DNA of 32,000 nt from Candidatus Thorarchaeota archaeon (lineage in GTDB: Archaea > Asgardarchaeota > Heimdallarchaeia > Hodarchaeales > Hodarchaeaceae), in assembly GCA_048882505.1 (NCBI GenBank), contig JBHLRO010000026.1, positions 627-32,626 on the forward strand, read 5' to 3'. This document shows, piece by piece, positions 8,201 to 15,323 of this stretch. Position numbers and translations under genes: made by a program. Positions within the stretch are counted from its first letter, which is position 1. The number at the start of each line of letters is the position of its first letter. The notes under the pieces are model-generated. The model did not search any database, had not been told where the DNA came from, and worked only from the letters and a program-made list of their open reading frames with translations.

Positions 8201-10362
8201 CAACGTCCATCACACTCAATGGAACGTACGAAGATGCGACTGGACAAGGACGCTCATCAACGCTTATTCTTGCCTATAATTACACGGGTGGATCAAACCC
8301 GTACGATCTTACATTGGTAATCTCCAATGCTCAAGGATTCTTTTCCACCACGATTGTCCTCAATAACACAGTCCCATTAGCAGACCTCACGATTTACGGA
8401 CGTGATACTGTTACACGGGTTCCCCAAGAGATTCGAATTGGACTGAGTTCCATTCGAGTAATGACAAACGTCACATTTAGTGGTCATTCTCGCAGTGGCA
8501 CGTTTAATGGGACAGCAGTATATGTTGGGGAAACAGTTAGCGTAACAGGTACCCTTCGTGATGAACAAGGAGCCGCCATCACTTCACCAGAACTTTCAAA
8601 TCGTCTACGCCTTATCGGTTGGAATGCTACCAATCAGGTTGAAATAGGTACTCCCGTTATAGGCAGCCCCGCTGTAGGGGCCTATAGCATGACCTACCAG
8701 GTGCCACTGAATTTTCTGGGAGACACCTTGTATATTCGTCTCAACTTGACAATGAGCGCGGCCCTTCTCCATTATCGAGCGAATTATTTCGAATTTCCTG
8801 TCCCAATCTATAGAAATTTCCAAGTTTCCGGCCTACAGATGTTCTTCCCATCAACTGGCGGTACTATGCCTGTTACAAATGACAGTGTGTACCTCATTAC
8901 AGGCATCCAGAACCGTACATTCTTTATTTCAGGAACCTTACAGGATACCGCCAGTCGGGCCCTTATAAATAAGGAAATCAACGATAGATTGGGAGCTGCG
9001 AGTCAGAGGCGAGCAGTGAGTTCTATCGGGTTCTTTAACATGCAGTACAACTTTGGAGGCTGGAATAACGCTACTTTTGGATGGACTCTCTATCACATTA
9101 GCGATGCGGGCACCAACCTCACCACTCATTACAATCTCACACTCCAATGGGAAATTTATGACACCGCGAGCCCATCTATCACCGTAACGAGTCCAACGGG
9201 ATTCGACAATACATCTACCATACCAAATGTTCCCAATACACGCATCAATACAACCATCTTCGATCCGGATCCTTCGACAGGGCCTGGTTTTGTTTCCCTT
9301 GGCCTAGATGTGGCTAGTCTCACAATCGAGATTAACACCACTATACCGATTACAGCCCCCATGGTTTCAATGGGAGGAGATATCTATGTTTACGACTGGG
9401 ATACTTCGGCAGTTGCGAATGTAGTTTATAATGTTACTATTGTAGCCTCCGATAACGCAGGGAATCAACGGCGGCTCATCACTTTGGTTGTAGTAGATCT
9501 AATCCAACCAACTGCATCAATGACTGTCCCCGTGAGTGGAGGATATGCAACCGTTAACTCACAGGGAAACGTTCCAGTTACCGGAACAATAACGGATAAT
9601 CCTTCAGTTGGGGGACGACAGAGCGGAATTAATGAAACCACTGTTACTCTGCGAATCCAAGCTGGCACGACTACCGTGACCCTAAATAATACAGAAATTG
9701 GGTTCATTCCAGCTTCTGGCAGTTACTCATATGATTGGGTAATCTTTTTCCCCAGTAATCAATCACGGAACCTTCTGTTCACTACCCCAGATGACTGGAC
9801 AATAATTCTTGATTTCGACGATCTTGCAGGAAATACTGGTTCTACCCAACAGTCCGTAATCCTAGATAATACAGACCCTGCAGTCTCGATTGAACTACCC
9901 CCACCGGATATCATCATAAATGAAACAGTGGAAATTGGTATTACCCTATTTGATGGGGAGACTGGTTTGGATATAACCACACTCCAGGTTAATCTTATCA
10001 ACACATTCACCTCACAGGTTACCCTTACGATTGTTGACCCTGAACTCGTTATCACAAACCTAGGGAATGGAAGGTACAATCTCACTTTTGATATTAGCTC
10101 TGTAGCAAACGATGTTTATACATTTAATGTCAGTATCCTTGACATGACAGGAAATTTGGCATCTGCAACTCATCAAAGCAGAATTGATATCCCCACACCT
10201 ACCACCCCCACCAGTACCACAACCCCTGTCCCACCTGGTGGCCCGCTTCTAGGCCCAGTGGATCTTATTCAGTTCATACTCTTCGATCTGGTTGCATTGG
10301 GAGCTGGGGTTGGCCTAGCCGTAGTCTACGAGCGATTAAAGGTTGTAAGACGGAGGGAATGA
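5257..10362 (+). CDS. Large membrane-anchored cell-surface glycoprotein with tandem Ig-like beta domains (S-layer/adhesin-like)
   Basis: 1701 aa. Hydrophobic N-terminal signal/anchor, Thr/Asn/Val-rich beta-strand composition, very many N-x-S/T sequons, internal PVNV(T/S)L repeats and D-x2-P repeats, a PT-rich linker, and a C-terminal TM helix followed by KVVRRRE. Confidence 0.85.
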   Translation: MKKNQCISLFALMIVVIFAISTPIFLNMYSTDRLDPIIPFFLRRYVSPLRKDPPQIRIPDVQTGIISSGATTGPNAPRQPRLEIVNQKPVFFPGDSIRVRNRFSTNEDPTYAVLNLNVSIYLHKQGYSSLTDPNHWFRNETTNFTAPLPTVPISNDPSQGWMDVTFQIPSISELTNYGIASGDNVTIYQYCQPNNTKFLEGLSPITFADNFTLSAFALVGAKGTGFVNNATSDSTFRQGENATAIIRVFAGSDNIPNVSITATLYDSSDTPIANNTSGITYYLTNSSGTSQTYTDGNGELKLTVNTSYPTVPQDSYYFNITADLFGTGYFSRFYDPGTPSVNIEFNSADFNFTVQNEMDTVDLQLISAVPQPLDPPNQNITIVTFRVRALYVYGIPGTYYYPANMPVNVTLNSYPAGVTLSIAKGFTDNGSADWALTNGSGYVAFNITASFPTLYLDDIIKNITGRVNLQNDIAPQYPYHTALSPQPHRFMRNATNGVNASWTEAISIDPDFWVGNIYLASIDTTIIRPGDSAKLTFEVNSTQAPSVDFAGVPVNVTLNVPIAGVSLSSSNSFAYGGYRFTNNTGHYELQIATTYLTTPEVVQSIVLDIIVDFENDSEVRWIGTVNGGTATLTEFNNTWRTAQSSAVTIHPQFTNFSVSLDTTNETGDTTIRSGDGLTLTFKVQEEGGGSVLADVPVNVSLDSAYPGVSLTNIVGLPHPNSGYYNTTGAGTITVELSTTYPTTQKNLDIILKVSADFENDSTSNSVWFVGQKPTGVNFKSNFSFSDLTTTVQVRPQYFTGEIFVPGGTNPNATLVQQEETVRIEFRLRLDYLGTNYASSITGVNVSILINNSKPSDWNMRVLNVTLLESQYQNSLASSVIFYIQTNVTGITPEADYNITATADFLAAKGLTYNVTQSTVPTGKLFGRWVNGSLNNDNSSVTQSFRVENIDRITVHVQSLNDPSHPDEGFNASSGFYEVYRDTTSITLNGTYEDATGQGRSSTLILAYNYTGGSNPYDLTLVISNAQGFFSTTIVLNNTVPLADLTIYGRDTVTRVPQEIRIGLSSIRVMTNVTFSGHSRSGTFNGTAVYVGETVSVTGTLRDEQGAAITSPELSNRLRLIGWNATNQVEIGTPVIGSPAVGAYSMTYQVPLNFLGDTLYIRLNLTMSAALLHYRANYFEFPVPIYRNFQVSGLQMFFPSTGGTMPVTNDSVYLITGIQNRTFFISGTLQDTASRALINKEINDRLGAASQRRAVSSIGFFNMQYNFGGWNNATFGWTLYHISDAGTNLTTHYNLTLQWEIYDTASPSITVTSPTGFDNTSTIPNVPNTRINTTIFDPDPSTGPGFVSLGLDVASLTIEINTTIPITAPMVSMGGDIYVYDWDTSAVANVVYNVTIVASDNAGNQRRLITLVVVDLIQPTASMTVPVSGGYATVNSQGNVPVTGTITDNPSVGGRQSGINETTVTLRIQAGTTTVTLNNTEIGFIPASGSYSYDWVIFFPSNQSRNLLFTTPDDWTIILDFDDLAGNTGSTQQSVILDNTDPAVSIELPPPDIIINETVEIGITLFDGETGLDITTLQVNLINTFTSQVTLTIVDPELVITNLGNGRYNLTFDISSVANDVYTFNVSILDMTGNLASATHQSRIDIPTPTTPTSTTTPVPPGGPLLGPVDLIQFILFDLVALGAGVGLAVVYERLKVVRRRE

Positions 10363-10495
10363 AATCTCCTGAATTGGAACCCTTGATAAAACAGAATGGA
10401 AAGAAAGATAAAAGAACAGAAAAATGGATAATGTATTAAAACAGAAATCCATAAGGTTTGACTGATAGATCGAAATTAAGGACCTGTGACAGATT

Positions 10496-11011
10496 ATGAA
10501 TGGAAGCAATTTCTTTGGTCAATTTATCACCCCTGGACAAGATCTGCTCCTCGCTATTGCGATTATTGTTGCGCTTGTAATTGGATTCTTGGTATATACT
10601 TTTAGATCTCAGATTATTGATCGACTTGGAGTTGGATCAGCCAAGAAAACTGTTATCGAACAGGATATTGAACAACAACTTGTACAGATTCGGCAGCTGG
10701 CCAGACAACAAATGTTTCGTGAGGCTTCTGTTCTCATGTGGCAGACGATGACCACCGCTGCGGAAGGTTTTCTTGGAGTACATCGGAGTCCCAACGAGAC
10801 GGCTCGCCAACTTGGGGTCAAGCTCATGAATCGAGGTGATGTGGATCCCGGTGCCATCAATGCTATTGTTATCGCATTTGAAAAAGCTCGGTATGGACAA
10901 ACCCCACTGACCAACCAAGAATTCAAAGATGGCCTTTCTGGGCTTCACCAATTTCTTCAAATGGCAACCTCAGTCGCGGAAATCATGGAAGGCGCAGAGG
11001 AAGTTGCATAA
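10496..11011 (+). CDS. Single-TM protein with C-terminal DUF4129-like domain
   Basis: N-terminal TM; C-terminal pattern SPNETARQL...IVIAFEKARYGQTPL is typical of DUF4129; context fits the DUF4129-DUF4350-MoxR-DUF58 cluster. Confidence 0.75.
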   Translation: MNGSNFFGQFITPGQDLLLAIAIIVALVIGFLVYTFRSQIIDRLGVGSAKKTVIEQDIEQQLVQIRQLARQQMFREASVLMWQTMTTAAEGFLGVHRSPNETARQLGVKLMNRGDVDPGAINAIVIAFEKARYGQTPLTNQEFKDGLSGLHQFLQMATSVAEIMEGAEEVA

Positions 11012-11112
11012 AGAAGGAAAAATCCCGATTGATTACCAATAGCTTAGAACCGAACTACGTGAAATCTTCAACAAAGTATAGATATCTCGAATCTTGCTGA
11101 ACGGGCTTAGAT

Positions 11113-12876
11113 ATGGTAGAAATCAACCGTAGTACCAGCGCCTTGGTTGTTTTGGCCATTTTTATCAGCTATCCTTTTTTGGCAGCCGTCTTCTTGGGCT
11201 TTTTTTTCGCTGGGAACACTACGAACTTTAGTATATACAATACGGGTGCATTTGGTGCCAGTGAATTTATGCAACGATTTGCTGACCATTCAAATGAGGG
11301 TCAAATTTCCACAATAGTCGGGAGTTCAAATATTCTGAATAGATTAAATGCTTCCGAGATGAACGACAGCCAAGGCAGCCTCATCATTCTTGGACCCGCT
11401 ATTCATTATGATTTTTCAGAAGCACTTGCAATCCTCATTTACGCCATTAATGGGGGCAGAGTGTTGATTGCCGATGATTTCGGAACAGCTAATGACATTC
11501 TAGGTGTCCTTTCCATATTCCTTGGGTTTATGTCAGAAATCGATCTAGGTTCATCCCTGGGATTTGGTGGTTCTGAAGGTCTCAACTTATTGGGTATGAA
11601 TTCCTCCACTGGCGGAGGGGGATTAAGTGGGAGTGGAACGAACAGCACAACAGGCGAAACTGTCAATGCAAGTTTTAATTTCCCCATTGCAGGGGTTGCG
11701 ATCAATGGAAGTTTACTCGCTGACCAAGGTAGTTATAATGACACACCACTTACCCCCGTTTTTAGTTTCCCCTCTTCTGCTACCCAAACTGCTACTCAAT
11801 ACTTACTTCCCGCGCCTTGGGTGACGAGTTTTACAGCTGGGCTTAGTGGTAATGGCATTATTGGGAATTTTGCTAGTATTATTACCATGAAAGTTCGCTA
11901 TCCAGATATTAATTCCTCCGGATATCCATCGAATCCCGATTATCTAACCAAATGGGTACCCATGGGCGAATTTCCTGCTTCAGTCCAGCAGGCGTTTGAT
12001 AATCAACAATTAGACTCATTAGGTATCGAATTACCTGATATTTCATTTAGCCTGCAAATCGCAGTTTTATATAGCAGTTCTGAGGCCTGGTTGGAATCAG
12101 ATCTCGCTGCAGCGAGGCAAAATGTTAATAATATCAACCCAAATCTGAACGAATGGGGTAATCCCAATATTGGTTTCCCTGTTTTTGTCTATTTTCCTTT
12201 TCCACTAGGTGGGCAAATTATATTATGTTCTGATCCCTCTATTTTTATCAATCAGTATGTTGATACAGCAAATTATCCTGGAGCAAGTCTTTACGACAAT
12301 AGTGACTTCACAGACAATGTAGTGGACTTGATAATGCAGGATAGGCCGGGTCAAACCATCATTTTCGATGAAGGCCACCTGGCTAACGCGCCTTTTGCTC
12401 CTATTCTTCCCCTCAGTCTTTACCTGAAGTTCTTAGATATGATTACCATGTTTCCCCTGTTCGCATGGGCTCTCCCCTTTGTCGCGATCTTTCTATCTCG
12501 GCGTTTCATGCCCAAACGCGAACAAGCTAAACCTCTACTCCTAACACGGGTCGAACGGTACTATGGTCGTAGTTTTTTTGCGGTCAAAATGCGCTGGTTC
12601 CTTGAGTACCGTCAATTCTCGAGAGGTTTGGAACTTATATTCCGCCGCTTAAGACGGAACCTGATCCGTCGATATAATCCCGAAGAAGAACTCACTCCCG
12701 ATGTCATAGCGATTTATTTGGAAAACGAATTCGGTCCCGAGCGCTTTGACTATAAATCTACACGGCAAACTCTAATCACTATTGAAGAAGTGATTGCTAC
12801 TCGGGCCCCCATTACCGAAGAAGAATTTCTGAGTCATTATCTCTTTCTGAAAGGAATTGGCGCAGAAATTAGCTAG
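11113..12876 (+). CDS. DUF4350-like membrane-anchored protein
   Basis: N-terminal TM, then FSIYNTGAFGASEF, GGRVLIADDFGTAN, IILCSDPSIFINQ and IIFDEGH, then a second TM and a cytoplasmic tail. Confidence 0.8.
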   Translation: MVEINRSTSALVVLAIFISYPFLAAVFLGFFFAGNTTNFSIYNTGAFGASEFMQRFADHSNEGQISTIVGSSNILNRLNASEMNDSQGSLIILGPAIHYDFSEALAILIYAINGGRVLIADDFGTANDILGVLSIFLGFMSEIDLGSSLGFGGSEGLNLLGMNSSTGGGGLSGSGTNSTTGETVNASFNFPIAGVAINGSLLADQGSYNDTPLTPVFSFPSSATQTATQYLLPAPWVTSFTAGLSGNGIIGNFASIITMKVRYPDINSSGYPSNPDYLTKWVPMGEFPASVQQAFDNQQLDSLGIELPDISFSLQIAVLYSSSEAWLESDLAAARQNVNNINPNLNEWGNPNIGFPVFVYFPFPLGGQIILCSDPSIFINQYVDTANYPGASLYDNSDFTDNVVDLIMQDRPGQTIIFDEGHLANAPFAPILPLSLYLKFLDMITMFPLFAWALPFVAIFLSRRFMPKREQAKPLLLTRVERYYGRSFFAVKMRWFLEYRQFSRGLELIFRRLRRNLIRRYNPEEELTPDVIAIYLENEFGPERFDYKSTRQTLITIEEVIATRAPITEEEFLSHYLFLKGIGAEIS

Positions 12877-12914
12877 TAATAATGGCTCCAATTTATACTG
12901 CGAATTTAATCCTA

Positions 12915-13706
12915 TTAGTTTCTCTCCCAGATCAATTCTAAGGAGGGTTTTTCATATTTCTGGGTCGTCGCGTATTGTTTACCAAAGGAGGTTAGAGATA
13001 TTTCTTTTAACTTGCGCGTCCGTGTGGTTCGGATTAAATTTAGCGCTGCCATTCTCGATATTTCGCGCGACAAATTCATCATATGTTTCCCTGAGGTTTC
13101 CTGACCAAGTTTTGTATTTAGTCCCTTTAAAGAACCGATTTGTCCCGTTGGGAGCCGTGATAGCTCATAAATGACTCTCTCATCAATTTCTTTGAACACC
13201 ACATCCGTAATTGGGATGTCAAAGCTATATTGTTTGGCAAATTCAATGTCCTGCTCAAGTTTTTCCAGGACGGTTTGGGTGGAAGTTTGTGCTTGAAACC
13301 TCTCTCCTGGGAAGCTGAAATGAACAGAAGGGATCTTATATTTCAGGGCAAATAGGTACAGACCGACATTAGCGGGAATGGGGCCCGCCGAAATATCTAC
13401 TACAACCTCGTAATAGTGAAAGCGGGTCCTCAAATCAATAGTTTCTAGGGACTTAATCACAGAGATTGGATTTATTATATCTACTCTAACCTCCCAAATT
13501 CGATCCAATTGCTGAAAAAATCGACGATGACTATCAATGTAGTGAATCACGTCGTTAATTGCAATATTGATATTCTCGCGTACTTTAGGATTTATATCAT
13601 AAAAAGATCGCAATAATATGCAGTCTTTGGGTAAATATGAGAGAATTGAAGCTATTATTTTACTTTTATGCAGGCCCTGACATAATAGTAACAATTTATT
13701 GGTCAT
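12915..13706 (-). CDS. CARF-like Rossmann domain plus winged-HTH transcriptional regulator (Csa3/DUF6293-like)
   Basis: N-terminal LLLLCQGLHKSKI..LPKDCILL; strand-loop VVVDISAGP (compare CARF N/D-x-S/T-G-G); C-terminal wHTH LSREISRMAALNLIRTTRTRKLKEISLTSFG. Confidence 0.7.
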   Translation of the reverse strand: MTNKLLLLCQGLHKSKIIASILSYLPKDCILLRSFYDINPKVRENINIAINDVIHYIDSHRRFFQQLDRIWEVRVDIINPISVIKSLETIDLRTRFHYYEVVVDISAGPIPANVGLYLFALKYKIPSVHFSFPGERFQAQTSTQTVLEKLEQDIEFAKQYSFDIPITDVVFKEIDERVIYELSRLPTGQIGSLKGLNTKLGQETSGKHMMNLSREISRMAALNLIRTTRTRKLKEISLTSFGKQYATTQKYEKPSLELIWERN

Positions 13707-13761
13707 CCTTAACCCTACCAGGTAGCAATTTTATCAAGAAGTTCCTACAAACTCCAGCATA

Positions 13762-13792
13762 TATAACTTTTTGAACACACAATAAAGTTATA
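13762..13792. promoter_or_regulatory. Back-to-back BRE/TATA elements forming a 9-bp inverted repeat between the divergent regulator and ATPase genes
   Basis: TATAACTTT (13762-13770), 13-nt spacer, AAAGTTATA (13784-13792). Each arm reads as AAAGTTATA, a BRE-TATA-like element, on its own strand. Confidence 0.6.
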
Positions 13793-14006
13793 AAAGAAAT
13801 AAATAACTTAATATTGTGATTAAATTTGGAATCAAGAAACCAAGAGGAATCGTTACGAATCTTCTTAGTTTACCAATTTGCCTGGTGGGGGGAAATTCAT
13901 AGGGTTGTAACATTAAATTTGAAACAGGAGTAGGAACTTTCATGGATAGGATGATGAAGACAGTAAAAGTTTTGAAAATTATTGAAATATTAAGGAGGGA
14001 GGGTAT

Positions 14007-15323
14007 ATGATAATCGAGGGAAGAGAAAACCCGAATTCAGATCCAGGTAATATCTTATCCGCTTCCTTTCGGGCGCAAACATTTGTCCAAAATGGGCGTT
14101 ATTACGACCAAAAGGGGCAATACTCACAAGCGGTGAAGTATTATGGATTGGCCCAAACCAAATTCGCTAATCTATTGAAACAATTTCCAAAGGTACCTTT
14201 AACCCCCCAATGGGAGTTAGAAATTCGCCTGGCCCACCAACGTATCAACCAACTGAAATCTAAGGCGACACCCCAAAAACTCCGTTCAAAGGACGACCAA
14301 CAATATGCCGAGATGAAAGCTCGCGTTCTCTCCTGTCGAGTCAAACCCAACCCGAACCTGACACGACAGGATGTGATCGGCCTCCATCATATCTGGCGGG
14401 AGCTCGAAGACGTCGTTATTGATCCATTGATTTACCCCGAACTCCTCCACACCAATCCGGACTTCCCCCGGACAATTCTCCTCAACGGCCCCCCCGGCTG
14501 TGGGAAGAGCTTCCTGATGAATGTGTTGGCCGCGGTGGCCCCGATTACGCTCTTTCTGGTCACGCCAGGCCTGATCTACCAGAAATGGATGGGAGAAAGC
14601 CAAAAAATGGTGCAGGTGTTGTATGAAACAGCCTGGGAGTACGCCCCCTCTGTCATCTTCATCGATGAGTTTGACAAACTGTTTAATTCGTCAGTTACCC
14701 GTCTTAACGGCGGAACAGAGGCATCCCAGACAGGGATGCAGATCGAAAGCGAGCTCCAACAGTACTTGAGTGGGATGCGGACACCTCTCGTCAACCCTAC
14801 AGTTACAATAGCCGCCACCAACGAACCGTGGCAAATGGATGCCGCCATGCGACGACGCTTTGCTCGCATCCTCTATATCGGCCCTCCCGGCTCGTTTACG
14901 ATCGAACAGCTCATTGTCCGAAACTTTCGCCATACCCAACATGATCTAACCGAAAACCACGTCCAGTGGCTCGCGAATGAATTAGAGCGGCATTCACCCG
15001 CAGAGATTGCAAAAATTTGTTCGATCGCACATATGACGGCCCACAAACAAGCGCGAGACCAGGGATTTACTGAGGTGGTGAGTCTCAAGGATATGTTCGA
15101 TGCCATCCCCACTGTGGCGCCTGCTCTGGAGCTCTGGGCTGAACATAGTACAAGGTATAAATCGAAACTCACTAAATATCGGGAGTGGAACGACCAGTAT
15201 AGCATTCCTAAGATAGAACACCTGGGTTGGGAGTGGGAGCTGAAACCACGGGAGAAAACACGCAACCCAATTCAACTGAAAGTCTTTGACGAATCCCAAC
15301 CCGTAAAATGGAAGAAGGATTAA
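14007..15323 (+). CDS. MIT-domain AAA+ ATPase of the Vps4/CdvC/katanin (meiotic) clade
   Basis: MIT-like N-terminus (AQTFVQNGRYYDQKGQYSQAVKYYGLA...RINQLK), Walker A GPPGCGKS, pore loop KWMGES, Walker B VIFIDEFD, SRH AATNEPWQMDAAMRRRF; strong SD GGAGGGAGG. Confidence 0.85.
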   Translation: MIIEGRENPNSDPGNILSASFRAQTFVQNGRYYDQKGQYSQAVKYYGLAQTKFANLLKQFPKVPLTPQWELEIRLAHQRINQLKSKATPQKLRSKDDQQYAEMKARVLSCRVKPNPNLTRQDVIGLHHIWRELEDVVIDPLIYPELLHTNPDFPRTILLNGPPGCGKSFLMNVLAAVAPITLFLVTPGLIYQKWMGESQKMVQVLYETAWEYAPSVIFIDEFDKLFNSSVTRLNGGTEASQTGMQIESELQQYLSGMRTPLVNPTVTIAATNEPWQMDAAMRRRFARILYIGPPGSFTIEQLIVRNFRHTQHDLTENHVQWLANELERHSPAEIAKICSIAHMTAHKQARDQGFTEVVSLKDMFDAIPTVAPALELWAEHSTRYKSKLTKYREWNDQYSIPKIEHLGWEWELKPREKTRNPIQLKVFDESQPVKWKKD

